Numbered from the stretch's first letter, positions 12,340 through 26,210 are shown. The stretch: 64,000 nt of DNA from Lepidodermella squamata (GCA_047495785.1 JBLDXI010000030.1:1302001-1366000); one strand, 5' to 3'. Numbers and translations: made by a program. The notes: generated from the letters alone by a model not told the origin.

Positions 12340-15300
12340 TTACAAAACTTGGCTGTAGTCACCGCAGTTCAATCGATCCAGTTTCTCTTGAAGCTCCAGA
12401 AACGAGGGCCTTTCCTCGTAGTTTTCCTGCCAGCATTTTGCAATGATGTCATCATATCTATGCATCATATCATCATATCAAAGTTCGATTGATCTTTAGT
12501 TCTTAGTTAAACAAAAGTCACATACATTTTATCTGGGCAAGTTGAGGGTTTAGAGAGACGATATCCTTGAACGATGTGAACAATCACCTCCATAGCTTGA
12601 AGTTGTCCGTATGGTTCTTGTTCGCAATCTGGAAGGAAAATTCGAACGAGTTACACTATCAAAACATGAAATATTATAGTATTACTTGTGAATATTTCCC
12701 ACATGATTACTCCGAACGACCAAACATCGCTTTTTAGCACGTAAACGTGTCTTATCAGCGATTCAGGTGGATGCCAACGAACGGGCACGGCATAATCGTT
12801 TTCATTCGCTGTTCGATAGTAGTCATCCCCATCTTCGAGAACCCGGGACAATCCGAAATCAGATATTTTAGCTGTAAAATCCTCCGCCAACAAAACATTT
12901 CGGCATGCCAGGTCTCGATGCATGCAATTCTTGTCATGTAGATAAACCATTCCGGCGCATATCTGGCTTGAGAAACGAAGTCTGTCGCCGAAGCTCACCT
13001 CGTCGAGCCGTCTTGGTTTCAAAAACTCTTTCAAAGTCCCATTTGGCATGAAAGGGACGATAAGATTCGGCTGCTCGTTAAGGATCGCGATTCCGATGAG
13101 GGGCAGGACGTTAGGGTGGTTGAAATCTTTCATAACATAAGCTTCTTTGATTAGTCCAACAACATCAGCCTTCACGTCAGGGCGGATGCTTTTCACGGCT
13201 ACTTCTTGCTCGTCCTTTTCGGGCATACGAAGGATAGCTCGTTGGACCGTTCCAAAATGTCCTGCTCCAAGGATCCCTTTTATCTCGAGCCAGTCATTGC
13301 AAACGTTGATTCGTTCGATGAGAATGACTAGATCCTGAGCGCCTTCGATTCCTTCAATCAGTTTTGTGAAATCGGCAAAAGGTACAACATAGTTTCCATC
13401 CCCATGGGCTTGAGACGTGTTTGTTGTCGGAACATGTTTCTTTCGATAACGAAGGAACAAGATTATAAAAGCTGCAACTACAACAACGAACAAGGCACCG
13501 AAAACTGAATACAAAATTGTAGCCAAATTATCCTCTGAAATTCAAACTTCGATCATAAATTGCGATTGAGGCCCAAAGAGTTTTACCGTCTGGCGATTCG
13601 TTTTGTTCAACCATATCTACCACAGTGTAGTAAGGGTTGTGGCTGTTGAAGTTCCTGTCTTCCAATTGGCAAGTCGAAACGGTATTAACGGTTAACGAGT
13701 AAATAGCTGCTGTTGTATCTGACGTCTCGGCTACCGTAGGAATTTCGAGTACTATTGTGTCGGATGCAATATGGAGATACCGGTTAGCAATTCGGCTATA
13801 CAATCTCGTGACTTTCTTGAAATCTTGGGACAGTAACGGTATGGTAATATGAGTTCGATTTATGTGGTAGTCCATTTCATAGCCTAAAACATGAATTTGC
13901 GATAGAGTTAGGCTGTCTATACCATCTGGTAGCGACGGTTGAAGAATATCGACTCGATTGGGTCTCATCCGAAGTCCTCCGAATCCGAACATGAGGACAT
14001 TCAGGAATGCAGCCGCGGTATATGTGTGACCAATAGCCGCATTTTCCTCGTCAGTGATGTTCCTCCAGATGAAAAATGGCTCGGAATGGTAGTTTTCGAG
14101 CAAAGTTTCAAAGTCTTTCCGACCAGCTGCCATTGAAGCTTTCGTAGCAAGCTGCATTTCAAGAATAGCTTTGACAGCCAAAGAGGTGCCGGGAATTTCC
14201 ACTTGCTTGATCCCAGCTTCATAAGTTCTCCCAAAGCGGCAGTTGAAATTCTAAATATTTGAACCTCATGTTATGCAGTACCGGGCTAAAATACATACGT
14301 CAATATCATTTCTCAAGAGACCTGGTGGAGCCTGTTCTAGGAATTTCCCGGAAAAGTTGTACCCAACTGGGAAATGAGTCAAGAGAACATCGGCCTGAGA
14401 AATAGCATCACTCGATTCGAAACCGTCGAACTGAGAGTGGGTCTGCGTAACGTTGTCGTACGGAAATTTTAGGCGCTTGGACATGTCCAGCAGCTCGTCG
14501 TCGATCGGATTTCCAATGCTGCAGGCCAAATACTGAGTAAAGTGAACTGCGAGTTGCCCGAGGACGTTGTTTAGCAAATTGTCAGACTGATTATGGTGGA
14601 GTTCATCAGGTCCAGTTACGCCCCTGATCGAAATGAAGTCGGTATCGCTGCTCTTACCGGTTTTCATCTTTGTAGCAAATTTCTCATTCAGAGGTTTGTT
14701 GATTTGCAACAAATGTATAGGTGTGATGGATTTTACCCTTTTGATGAAATATAGCAGTCGGGAGGCGAAACTGAAGAGCCCATCGCTGTATATTCCTTGT
14801 TGCGAGCAATGAGGACACCATGTTGCTGCGACGGCAACTCTTGTAGAAGTTTCATAGGGCACGTTGACGTTTGACGTGAAGGTATTCGATGAGCGAAGTA
14901 ACATAAGTTGTTCGGCCAAATCAGGAATCAGCCATGCAACAGGTTGGAATAGAAATATTTCTTGCTCCACGGTTTGGCGGCCACCGAATTGACGTCGCGA
15001 AGAGCCGCGCCCGAGGCCGCACGCAGAAGCTCCGTTGAAAGACTCATACACACCATCGCTAGTTTTCAAGCCATCTAAATCCACAGCGATCTGGCTAAAG
15101 ACTTGATAGTAAGCTGATCGAATAGCTCTGTTGATAACAGCTTCTCGCGGACCTAAAGAAGATCACAAATTTTATGAGGGTAGAATGATTCAACGAGAAC
15201 GAAGGAGAAAGCCGTTGTTAAAACTAGAATTAAAGTTTGATGGATCATCAGATGAGACCAACCTTTCACTGTGATACTCCCAGTATCAATCAAGCTCTGC

Positions 15301-16258
15301 CATTTTGTGACTTGGTAATCGATCAGTTCATTAGCTGGTAGCGCCATCAACCTTGCAAATTCATCACGAACGATCTTTTCATCGTGATCAATTGTCTGAC
15401 AGGCCATCGTGGATTCTGTAACTTCACCGGTGATCGCAATCTCGAGGTAAGCTTTCCCTGAGAGAGCGCTGTGGGCACTGTGGGCATAAATCCTTGTATT
15501 TCTTTTGCCGAAGGCTGAATCAGGTACGACGATGTCGACAAATCTATGAAACCATTTGGAAAACTGTTTTCAACAATTGAAATCAGTCTCCTTACGTAGC
15601 ATTGCAGCAGCCAACCTCCTTTAAACTTCTCGTCAACTTGACTCCATATCGATCTTGATAGACTTCATCACTCAAAAGGCCGGCATATTTCTTATCCTGA
15701 TGGAACCGAATGGTAGATCCAATGAAACGTTTGTCAGCTTCAATTGAAACAGCGTGGAAATAGGTTCGCTTGTACAGAAAGCTGCATCCGTAATATGAGC
15801 TGATGTTGATACCTCGTTGGGTCGTGATCAGCTCTTGCCAAATTCCGACTGTTTGATAGAAACGATACTTTCTATCAGTGATAATTTCGGATTCGTTGTC
15901 AACTTCAATCGATTCGACTTTGAATACGGCATAGTTAGGCAGGGGCAGACGTCTGACGTAACCAAAATCGTTGTAAAATTGCGTTGATAGGTAAATCGAC
16001 TCCTGAATAATTGGGAAGAGTCGACTCCTTAAAATGTAAGACTTGAAATCAAGTTTAACAAACGCTGTAGACGACGGTTCCTATGATGCTTGATGCAAGC
16101 TCTGGCAGCAAGTCTGGATCGTCGAAATTAAAATGTGGCCCGACTTCTTTGAATTCGATTCGCTTCAACATTTCCGGTATAGATTGGTTTGAAGCAGTAA
16201 CAATGAATGGAGTAAATAGTAGAAGTGTAAGAATAAACATCAATCCCGAGAGATGCAT
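12340..16258 (-). CDS. GH65/PGGHG-ectodomain receptor tyrosine kinase, copy 3
   Basis: Same 8-exon structure: signal MHLSGLMFILTLLLF, GVTGPDELH, TM, intact kinase motifs; ends ...CGDYSQVL*. Confidence 0.9.
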
Positions 16259-17309
16259 TTTCAGCTTTTAATCTTGAATATCAATCAAGATCAGAAATAA
16301 ATCATCGAATGGGAACTGTAGCAAGTGCCAACATATGTTAGGAATGTAAAACACGCCGAAATGCATTATCGGCACTTGAAACATAAGGAAGATAAGGACT
16401 TTGTAATTATTTGGCGTGAGAGTGATTACCTATCAAAATATTCAAGGCTGCTAATTTCTCAATCTATCGATGTATCGAAGATTAAAAGCAGAAAAGCATA
16501 TGTTTAGTATTTTGTATGCTGCTGTTTGCTGCATGCTTTTCAGGTTCGACAAGTTGGCAAAGAAACAGGATGTTCAATCTCTGTCAAATTTTAAGGCGTA
16601 AGACTCGCTCGAGCAAACATCAAAACCGCAAATCTTGACGTTTCAGTATTTAATTCCGTCATTGGCCGAATTCGAGTTCATATCTACCATGCAAGGATCA
16701 GGATCGTTGTGGTTGAAAAAGACTAATTACACAAACTATTAGTGACTTTTATTAACTACGTGCCTCCCAGAAGAGGCATTTCTGAGGGGTTATAAATAGC
16801 ACTTGTTTACATCTGAAAGCGAGGCACGAGGCGGCAAGACCGTTGCTACGTCTTAAGACAGTTGCCATGGCAACGTGTTGAAAGAGACGGACACGGATTT
16901 TGTGTAATTGCAAATTTTACTCGCTGAAGGCTGTGAAAGGATAACGCCATAAATCGCAAAGGCGTCGCCATTATTTTCCAGGGCGACTTTGATTTGACTG
17001 GTTAGCCTTTGTTTTTTAGCCTTTTTTTTATTTTTTAACATGAAAAGCCTAGCTTTTCAGGCGGGAACAAGGGAGAACTCTATGGAAAACCATGGAGAAA
17101 TATAATTTGGCCTTTTTTGACGATTTGGTTTTTAATAGAGCCGGTAGGCATCCCAGCTTCAAAGTTGTTTCGAATAATCGATGCTCTACATTCGTAAGCT
17201 TAAGCCTAAACTCAACAAATTGCACGACTAAATGCTTTCATCACGGAGTCATAGCAACAATAAATTGACCAATCAACGAGCGGTTCAAAGTGCTACTTAC
17301 TACTTGTAA

Positions 17310-17389
17310 CACAATGGATCAGTTCTTAGGAATCAAAGAGGTTGATGAGACTATAACGATATCTGGTATCATCTAACTCCGCTGGAACG
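17310..17389 (+). pseudogene. ~80-bp fragment of the Cys-loop channel gene at 39.6 kb
   Basis: gatcagttcttaggaatcaaagaggttgatgagactataacgatatctggtatcatctaactccgctggaacg nearly matches ~39615-39688, with a CAA>TAA stop. Confidence 0.85.
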
Positions 17390-17699
17390 GCAACTAGGGG
17401 GTATTTTCGGGCCCCGATTTTATGACCAAAGGGTCCTCCCTGTGGTTTTTTCGGGGTTTTCCCACTTTGGCCTGCCGAACTGGGGGTACGATACCCCTCA
17501 TTCCCCCCGTACTTCGCGCCCTGCTTGCGATAAACGTCTCTGTTAAATCACCGAAGACTGGCGAATGGCAATGGACAGGGGCGACACTGTATTATGGTCG
17601 CCATCAATTTAAGCAAAGTGCTCGACACGCTCGATCCGGATAGTGGCGAGGAGTCAAATCAAATCAATCAAAGCAATCAAATCAAATAAACAAATTAGC

Positions 17700-17930
17700 C
17701 AAAGCTCATTCTGACAGCCTACCGGTCCGAAATGGCGTCCCCCAAGGCAGCGTGCTAGGCCCTCTCATGTTTGTGATCTACTTCAACGAGCTTGCGTCAG
17801 TGCCTCTCAACAGCATTGTCGCCAAAATACGCCGATGACACTACTTTGTCCAGCATTCATCCTGATTCTAACGAAGCTACTTGTCTTCTCCAAATCGATG
17901 TCGATTTAGTTGGCTCATGGTTCAAGTCAA
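17700..17930 (+). mobile_element. Non-LTR retrotransposon (LINE) reverse transcriptase fragment, frameshifted
   Basis: LPVRNGVPQGSVLGPLMFVIYFNEL followed, after a frameshift, by KYADDTTL...LQIDVDLVGSWF. Confidence 0.88.
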
Positions 17931-18231
17931 TGGCAAGAATTCGTACTGATGATACTCGGTCCCCACTCGGAAAACCAGGTCACGGTGCAGTCGTTCCCGC
18001 CTTATCATCACAGCAAGCTCAAAAGAGTCTTGCCTATAGAGCCTATAGAGTATCGCCTGTTACATAGCGAGTAAAGTACCAGATGAATACGATCGAGCTT
18101 CGAACGTGGTGCGAAAATCACTAAGATCCGCCTACCCAGTGTGCAACTTTTAGAGGGAATGGGGGTTATCATGTATCATCTGCTCGGCAAAACCGGACAA
18201 TCAAAGTTAAAATTTAGCCGGCTGTTTTGTT

Positions 18232-18309
18232 ATTTTTGAGAGGTTTTGGAGCTATATAGTAGAAAATCTTAAAGAGGTTTTGGAGCTATATAGTAGAAAA
18301 TCTTAAAGT
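18232..18309. repeat. Tandem duplication of ~35 bp
   Basis: agaggttttggagctatatagtagaaaatcttaaag occurs twice back to back. Confidence 0.85.
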
Positions 18310-18570
18310 CTCGTTGCTTCACTCGATTTTCGGTTGAAACCACTAGTCATTTTGACATAATACAGCAACATTTCTATACCATCCGTTGCAGCTTCAGGAA
18401 CGGCGATCGCAACCTGCTCACGATGTCAAAAATTTCGCAAACCCCTCTTTTCATTTGTTAACGGCCAGTATCATTTATTTTGGGGAACGCTCTTAGCTGG
18501 TTCATTAAATGCTTTAAGCTTCTCGAAGTTCTGACTTATGGACATTAATTCGAAGACTAAAACACGCAGT

Positions 18571-21500
18571 TCACAGTACTTGACTAAGGTCGACACAGTA
18601 CATTCGATCTAGGTTTTCTTTAAGCTCCTCAAACGAGGGTCTTTCTTCATAGTTCTGCTGCCAGCATTTTGAAATGATATCGTCATATCTAAACGAAACC
18701 ATGGAAATGAAGTTGTCCCTTAAAAAGGCAAAGTTAACTTACAATTTATCAGGGCAAGCCGCAGGTTTAGATAAACGATAGCCGTGGCTGATGTGAACAA
18801 TCACTTCCATAGCTTGAAGTTCCTCGTACGGTTCGTGTTCACAATCTGTTGGAGAAATTCTCTTCAAAAACAAGATCGAAACTGAAAACAGGATAATTAC
18901 TTGTGAATATTTCCCACATGATTACAGCGAACGACCAAACGTCACTTTTTAGCACGTAAACGTGTCTTATCAGCGATTCAGGTGGATGCCAACGGACTGG
19001 GACAGCATAATCGCTTTCATTCGCTGTTCGGTAGTAGTCATCATCATCCTCGAGAACTCGGGACATTCCGAAATCAGATATTTTAGCCGTAAAATCCTCG
19101 GCCAACAAAACGTTGCGGCAAGCCAGGTCTCGATGCATGCAATTCTTATCGTGTAGATAGACCATCCCGGCACATATCTGGGTGGAGAAACGAAGCCTGT
19201 CTCCTAAACTCACCTCGTCAAGCCGTTTTGGTTTCAAAAACTCCTTCAACGTCCCATTTGGCATAAAAGGGACGATAATATTCGGCTGTTCGTGTAGGAT
19301 CGCGATTCCAATGAGGGGTAGAACGTTAGGGTGGTTGAAATCTTTCATAACATAGGCTTCTTTGATGAGACCAACAACATCTGCCTTCACGTCAGGGCGG
19401 ATGCTTTTCACAGCTACTTCTTGCTCGTCCTTATCAGGCATTCGAAGTATGGCATGTTGAACAGTGCCAAAGTGCCCGGCTCCAAGGATCCCTTTTATCT
19501 CGAGCCAATCATTGCAAACGTTGATACGTTCAATGAGAATGACCAGATCCTGAGCACCTTCGATTCCTTCGATAAGTTTTGTGAAATCGGCAAAAGGCAC
19601 AACGTAGTTTGCTTCTCCGCTGGAAGGAAACGTGTTTGATATTTTTGCAGCATTCTTTCGAGACCGAATGTACAAGATCAGGAGAACCGCTACTATAACA
19701 ACGACTAAAGCACTGAAAGTTGACAATAAAATTACAACCAAGTTATCATCTGTAAAAATTGAGAATTCGATCAAACAAGGGGAATTAGGCCTCAATATTC
19801 TTGCCTTCTGGCGATTCGTTTTCATCAACAATGTCGACTAGGGTGTAGTAAGGATTGTGGCTGTTGTAGTTCCTATCATTCAACGGACATAGGGAGCTAT
19901 CGCTAGCTATGAATGAGTAGATTGCCGCTGTCGTGTCTGACGTCTCGGCAACCGTAGGAATTTCCAGCTCTACCTTATCGGATGCGAGATCGATATACCG
20001 CTTCCCAATTCGACTGTATAGGCTCGTGGTTTTTCTGAATTTCGCGTTCAGATACGGAATGGTGATATGAGTTCGATTTATATGATAGTCGACATTATAG
20101 CCCAAAAGTTCGATATCGAACAGCGAGAGGCTCTCGATACCATCGGGTAGCGATGGTGGAAGAATGTCGACTCGATTGTGTCTTATTCTCAGCCCTCCAA
20201 ATCCGAACATCAGGACATTCAGGAAAGCAGCGGCAGTATATGTGTGGCCAATTGCCGCATTTTCCTCATCAGTGACGTTTCTCCAGATGAAAAATGGCTC
20301 AGAATGGTAATTTTCTAGCAGATTTTCAAAGTCTGCCATTGACGCTTTCGTAGCAAGCTGCATTTCAAGAATAGCTTTGACAGCCAAAGAGGTGCCAGGA
20401 ATTTCCACTTGCTTGACCCCAGCTCTGAATGTTCTGCCGAAGAGGCGATGATAATTCTTAAAATATTCCATTATATTTTGCCTTGAATCTGATGACAACT
20501 TACGTCAATATCGTTTCTCAAGAGGTCTGGAGGAGCCTGTTCCAGGAATCTCCCTGAAAAATTGTACCCAACTGGAAAATGAGCCAAGAGGACATCGGCC
20601 TGCGAAATCGCATCATTCAAATCGAACCCATCGAACTGATAGTGGGCCTTCATAACGTTGTTGAACGGAAATTTCAGGCGCATCGATTTTTCCAGCAGGG
20701 CCTCATCGATCTCATCTCTATTAATACAGGCCAAGTACTGGGTAAAGTGAACCCCCAGTTGCCCTACAATATTGGTTAGCAAATTGTCAGACTGATTATG
20801 GTGGAGTTCATCAGGACCAGCGACGCCGTAGATCGAGATGTACTCATTATTACCGCTGTTCTTTGATATCTCTTTCGCAAGATGTTTGTTTATATAGACA
20901 TTATTTGCTCTGCACAAATCAACAGCGCTCATGTTCCCCCGTTTGATAAAGTATAGCATGCGAGAGGTGAAACTGAAGAACCCATCAATGTAGATGCCTT
21001 GCTGCGAGCAACGAGGGCACCATGTTGATGAAACTCCAACTCTGTTCACTATTTCATAGGGGTTCAAATTTTGTTCGTTAAAGGTTGTAGGGCGGAGCAG
21101 CATGAGTTGCTCGGCCAAGTCAGGCCTCAGCCACGCAACAGGTTGGAATAGAAATATTTCCTGCTCCACAGTTTGGCGGCCACCGAATTGACGCCGCGAA
21201 GATCCGCGGCCAAGGCCGCACGCAGAAGCTCCGTGAAATGTGTCATAAAGCCCCGTTTTAGGGTCAAGTTTCGATTCCGCGATGTTGAAATCGATCTGGC
21301 TGAAGACTTGATAGTAGGCTGATCGAATGGCTCGGTTTATAACATCTTCGCGTGGCCCTTGTATCAACAGTTCAAAATGACAGTTCTTTGTTGAGAAAAG
21401 AAAGTATAAAAATGATACCAACCTTTCACGCTGACGTGGCCAGATTTAATCCTGACATCCCAGTCATCAACTTGAATTCTCATCAGCAAATTAGATCGCA

Positions 21501-22403
21501 AAACCGGATTCATCATGCCAGTGAACTCAGTCTTAGCTGCATCTGAATCGACATCGATGGTCTGAAAGGCCACAAAGGTTTCCGTAACTCCAGCTCTAAT
21601 CTCAATGTCGAAATAGGATTGGCCAGTTAGGGCAAATGTGCTATTCACATATATCGATACGGTTTGAGTATGGTCGGAGAGAGTATTCGGTACAATGATG
21701 GACACGTATCTAGTTAGAGAGATTCACACACCTGTTACAAGGCTCATATTACTTACGATGCATTGTAGCCGGCCACGTGGAATTCTTTGTCAATAAAGAG
21801 ATATTGATATCGATCTCGGAGGACTTCTTCACTAAGAAGCTCGTCGTATTTTTTATCGCGATGAAATCGAATGGTCGAGCCGATAGAATTGTTGCCGGCT
21901 GATATCGAAACAGAATGGAAATAGGTTCGTTTGTACCGAAAGCTGCATCCGTGATATGAACTGATGTTGATCCCTCGTTGAGTCGTAATCAACTCTTGCC
22001 AAATTCCGATTGCTTGGTAGAAACGATACTTTCTGTCAGTAATATTTTCAAATTCATTATCAATTTCGATCGATTCAACTTTGAATACTGCATAGTTAGG
22101 CACGGGCAGTCTTCTGACGTAACCAGAATCGTTGTAAAAAAGCGATGACAGGTAAATCGATTCCTAGAACAACTTTAAGATGCAATAATTTATCAATCAA
22201 TTTTTACGAACGTTATAGATGACAGTTCCGATCCTGCCCGATGCCAGCTCTGGCAGCAAGTCTGTGTCGTCAACATTTAAATTCGACCCGACTTCCGTGT
22301 AATCGCTTCCAGCTAAAACTTGCGCTATCGTTCTATCAGCAGTAACGATCGACGAAGTTCGCAGCTGAAATGTAAGTATCAATATCAATTCTGAAAGTTT
22401 CAT
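18571..22403 (-). CDS. GH65/PGGHG-ectodomain receptor tyrosine kinase, copy 4
   Basis: Starts MKLSELILILTFQL; GVAGPDELH; 4-aa in-frame deletion (ASMADFE vs ASMAAGRKDFE); kinase with DFGM and SFAV variants; ends ...CVDLSQVL*. Confidence 0.88.
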
Positions 22404-22879
22404 TTCCAGTTTATAGCTCAGCTTTTGTCGATGAAAAGAGGACAAAAGGGTAACATGTGTCGGAAATCGACAACACGTGTAAATCAATACTTTCTACTTC
22501 AAGATAAGGCTGATTGTAATTATTTGAACTGAGATCAAGTATCAACCTTATCGCAAACGAATGTAATTGAGCAAAATCAATACTAACACGATAAGTAGCA
22601 TATGCGTTGCCCTGATTTCGCGACTTTTACATACCTGAAGCATTTCTGTTATCAAAAGGTCCATACGTGATCCGGGATTTCATGAACGTTGAATGAAACT
22701 TGGTCCGTATATCGTACATTGTAAATCACGACCCTCGAATTTGAGGAGGTGGGAGATTTTCAGATCAGACTCAGAGATTTGTCGACTCAGAAGCCTGTGA
22801 CTGTATTGTCAGGACCTCCCGAACTGGTGGTCCGATAGCCAATTCCCTTTGACTTTATCGTACACTGCGGATTTCGCCA

Positions 22880-23340
22880 TCTGGATTTCGTGAGCATCGG
22901 TTTGTTCGGAAATTGAAGTAAGATGCTAATAATAGCATGAGTAAACAATCCGGAAAAGTTCATGAGAATTTTGAAGTTCGACAAACATTTCAATTATAAG
23001 CAAGATGGCAGCCTCACGGATGCGCGAGAATCTCACTTCAGTCAATCAGATGATTGCAACATTTGTGAGCATCGGTTTGTTCGGAAATATAAAAATGACG
23101 ATAAAAATAGCATGGGTTAACAATATCCGTGAAGTTCAACCTGCAAGTTCCACGGATACGGATACGGGTATCACACTTCATGCGTCGATCATGCGGTTTC
23201 GAAGTGCGGTAACCCTACTCCCTACTTGTGACTTTGCAGCTAGCCCTCGAAGACTCTCAAATTTCTCGATTTGTACTCTCAATATTGAAATACACTTTCT
23301 AGGCCAATCCGCATGCCCTGGATTCAGGACCTGGGCAGTA
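22880..23340 (+). pseudogene. Truncated duplicate of the promoter and first exons of the EGF/CUB-Cys-loop gene
   Basis: atgcggtttcgaagtgcggtaacc...ggccaatccgcatgccctggatt matches 37518-37670 but is frameshifted and lacks the splice donor. The two upstream g(a)gcatcggtttgttcggaaa repeats are also shared. Confidence 0.85.
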
Positions 23341-26104
23341 ACAAGTTGCAGGTTTTAGAGGATTTAACCGCTAAACCTGGTTTAAACTCAGAATTTTTCA
23401 AACCATGTACGAGGAGGTTTACAAAAAAACGAGTATTACGGCTCAACCGGCGGATGGCGCGTCTTATAGCGCCATTGCTCGATGGCGCGGAATTCAAAAT
23501 TTCGAAAAGTTGATGATATTTTCATTCCAATATTATCAGTAAAAAATCTAAATTTTCGGCTGTAATATTACTCGCAATATTTCTCGACGGTCCCGACTAT
23601 TTCGTTTGCGATCGGTCAATGATAAACGTTTTCTGCGTTGAATTTATCGCAAAATAGTTATTATTCAATATTACAATATTTCAATATAATTGGCGAACTA
23701 ATTTTTCCCCGCTCAGGACCGCTGAAAAATTATTATTTTAGGCATTGAATTGTTATATATTATTGTCCCCAATCGGCACCGTACGCCAATTTATAAATCA
23801 AATTATATTGCCCCAGTTTATTTTGTTACGCTCAGGTCATTCGAGCTGAAGTAAGAAATGAGGTTAAGAATTTTAGAGACATAAACAATATTTCGTAATC
23901 ATAATGGAAGGTATCAGGTGGGTTTTCATTGGGTTTTCAGCCCAGTTGACCGAATTCCTGAAGCGCTGGATTTCGCCATGATGCACCGGTACTCACTAAT
24001 ATCTAACCGATTACGATTATACTGATTACATATGTACGTCTTCGAGGCACAAAAATAGACTAGCTTCAGATCAGCTGCATATTTCATGAATTTTAGGCCA
24101 TTCATGCCCAACTACATTTTCTGAGAAGAATAATGCAAAAAAAATCAAAATTCAACAGAAGCTTAATTCACCTGAACAATAATAGCTAGGTGGCCATGAA
24201 TACTCCCCATCTCAATGGCAAATTCAGAAAGAACTTTTGCCAATTCGCATGATAGTTGAAAAATACTTCTCGCGAGAACTAGAAATGACGAACTGAATTG
24301 GCATGGTGCAGCAACGCGGCCGCCTCGTCTCACTGTTTCGTAACTATGGGTTGTCCCTTCTTTCCAGGGCATATCTACTGATGAAATGATTTTAAAATTA
24401 TTTCAAATTCAAGCATGAAGATTCATGTTCTTATAATTAATGCCTCGTTGCCTCGTTGACATAGCTCCTCGGCGGTGTTTGCGAGAAGCCATTATAATTC
24501 AGTCGTCTCATCGTTCGCGGAAAATTTTTTCATCAAAATTCAAGGCTAGCTAATTTACAAAGCAAATAGTCCTCGGTCCTGATCGTCCAGCCTTGCCTCC
24601 GGTAGGCCGTCGAGATTCTAAACGTGTATAATTCCTGAATCATTTAATAACAACAATAATAATAAATAGCCAACTGGATAGCCGTGAAATCCTATCAACT
24701 TTTTTACCTACCATCTACCTAGTTATTTTTTCATATTGACACCGCGGAAGAATGCTGCTGAAAAACTCAATCGTTCCATAATATTCTATAATCTCACTTG
24801 CTTCTTGCAGATGACACATTGAAAATTAAAAAGGGACGATTTAAAAATTGGTTTTAGAAATTATATAGGACAACACTAGAAAAGTGTCCCGGAGTAATTG
24901 GATTTTTAGAAAGATCTCGGCTCAAGTTTTAGCCTAACTTAGGAAAAGATACGGAAAGTTTAAGCTAGATTCCAACATACCCCCCAAAGTCACTGGATTC
25001 CTTGAAGCTAAAATTCCTTTTACAATTTAATTTTGCTTTAGTATTCTGTTGCTACATAGCTGTGTTGGCGTTAATAAGTGCCCTCTATTTTCCAACAAAA
25101 TTATGGCAATTATGGAATATCGTCACCTTAGCACGAGCGAAGCGAGAAATTTTCCAAGAATATTCCTGAAAATCGTTTTCCTTAGGCAGAAAAATCCTTG
25201 CTTTTCCCGTTTCATTCTGATAGAATAAACTCGGAAAACATTGAGGCAGGAGGATTCAGCTCTCATTCATTTTTCATCAAAACCCTTATTTAAATGAGTA
25301 AGCTTGTTCGAAATGAATTAAACCGGGGTAGTAATGATGTAATAGATTGCATAGGTAATAGTTTATGAAGTATCGAGCTGAGCGAGCAAAGTTTTAGCAA
25401 AATAAAAAATAGGCAGATCTGGATGCTTTGAAAGGCTCTCCAACTGTTAGGAACTGTCAATATCTTCAACCGCGCTATCTGCCCACCCCCTAGCCCGGTT
25501 GGTAGTCATCAATTTGTGGAACCCTTATAATAAATTAGTTGTAATAGTTATTTGATGAATTAAAAAAATTGAGTGTGAAAATTAAGCCTTCCTGGAAACC
25601 TAGCGGCGCGTTGTCGTGGTTTCGAGAGATCTAGTTATGTTTAGTTCAATTGAAACGAGTTGAAAGATGTTCAGTGCATTGAGCTGTTCTTGTCTTGTGG
25701 TTTTGAAATGACTTCGATTATGCAACAGAGTGTGCGGATCAGCTTCTACTCAAAAGATTGGGAATAATTTCTCCATCAGGCTGCTGGAATAAATCATGAG
25801 GCTGATGGAGAATCACTTGTATATTCAAGTTTTTTTCTGTCTGAAAAATGTTGAATTTATCCCAACTTTGCCCAATCAAGTCCTTGTTTGAAGATATAAT
25901 TTAACTTTGATGCATAGATTATTCACATAATAAAGCGATTTCCTTCTTTTGATTTGTCCTCCGAGTTATTGGAGTTATCAGACGAATTATTACGATTTTT
26001 GACAGTCGATAGGCCTGATCTAGTATGACTGGCTGCCAACTGCTAACTCCTGTATAATAGGAAGTTTGTTTCATAGGAAAATTGTTGCATAAGCTCTAAA
26101 TTCA

Positions 26105-26210
26105 AAAAAGCCCAGATTGTAAGGAGTCGTACTAATGACTCCGGATGATAGCGCCAGGAGTGAATCATGGCCAAGGAGATCATTCAACTCGATGAAGTCG
26201 ATATTCTCTA
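26105..26210 (-). pseudogene. Relic of exon 1 of RTK copy 2
   Basis: taaggagtcgtactaatgactccggatgatagc...gaatcatgg...tcgatgaagtcgat matches ~11310-11405. Confidence 0.85.

Noticed and set aside
15153-16010. Apparent frameshift or missing exons in RTK copy 3
   Set aside because: Manual translation shows exons 2 and 3 are open and in phase; the ORF caller simply lacked start codons.
23350-26100. AT-rich spacer with short ORFs between the duplicated blocks
   Set aside because: No recognisable coding motifs or confidently paired termini; probably decayed repeats.
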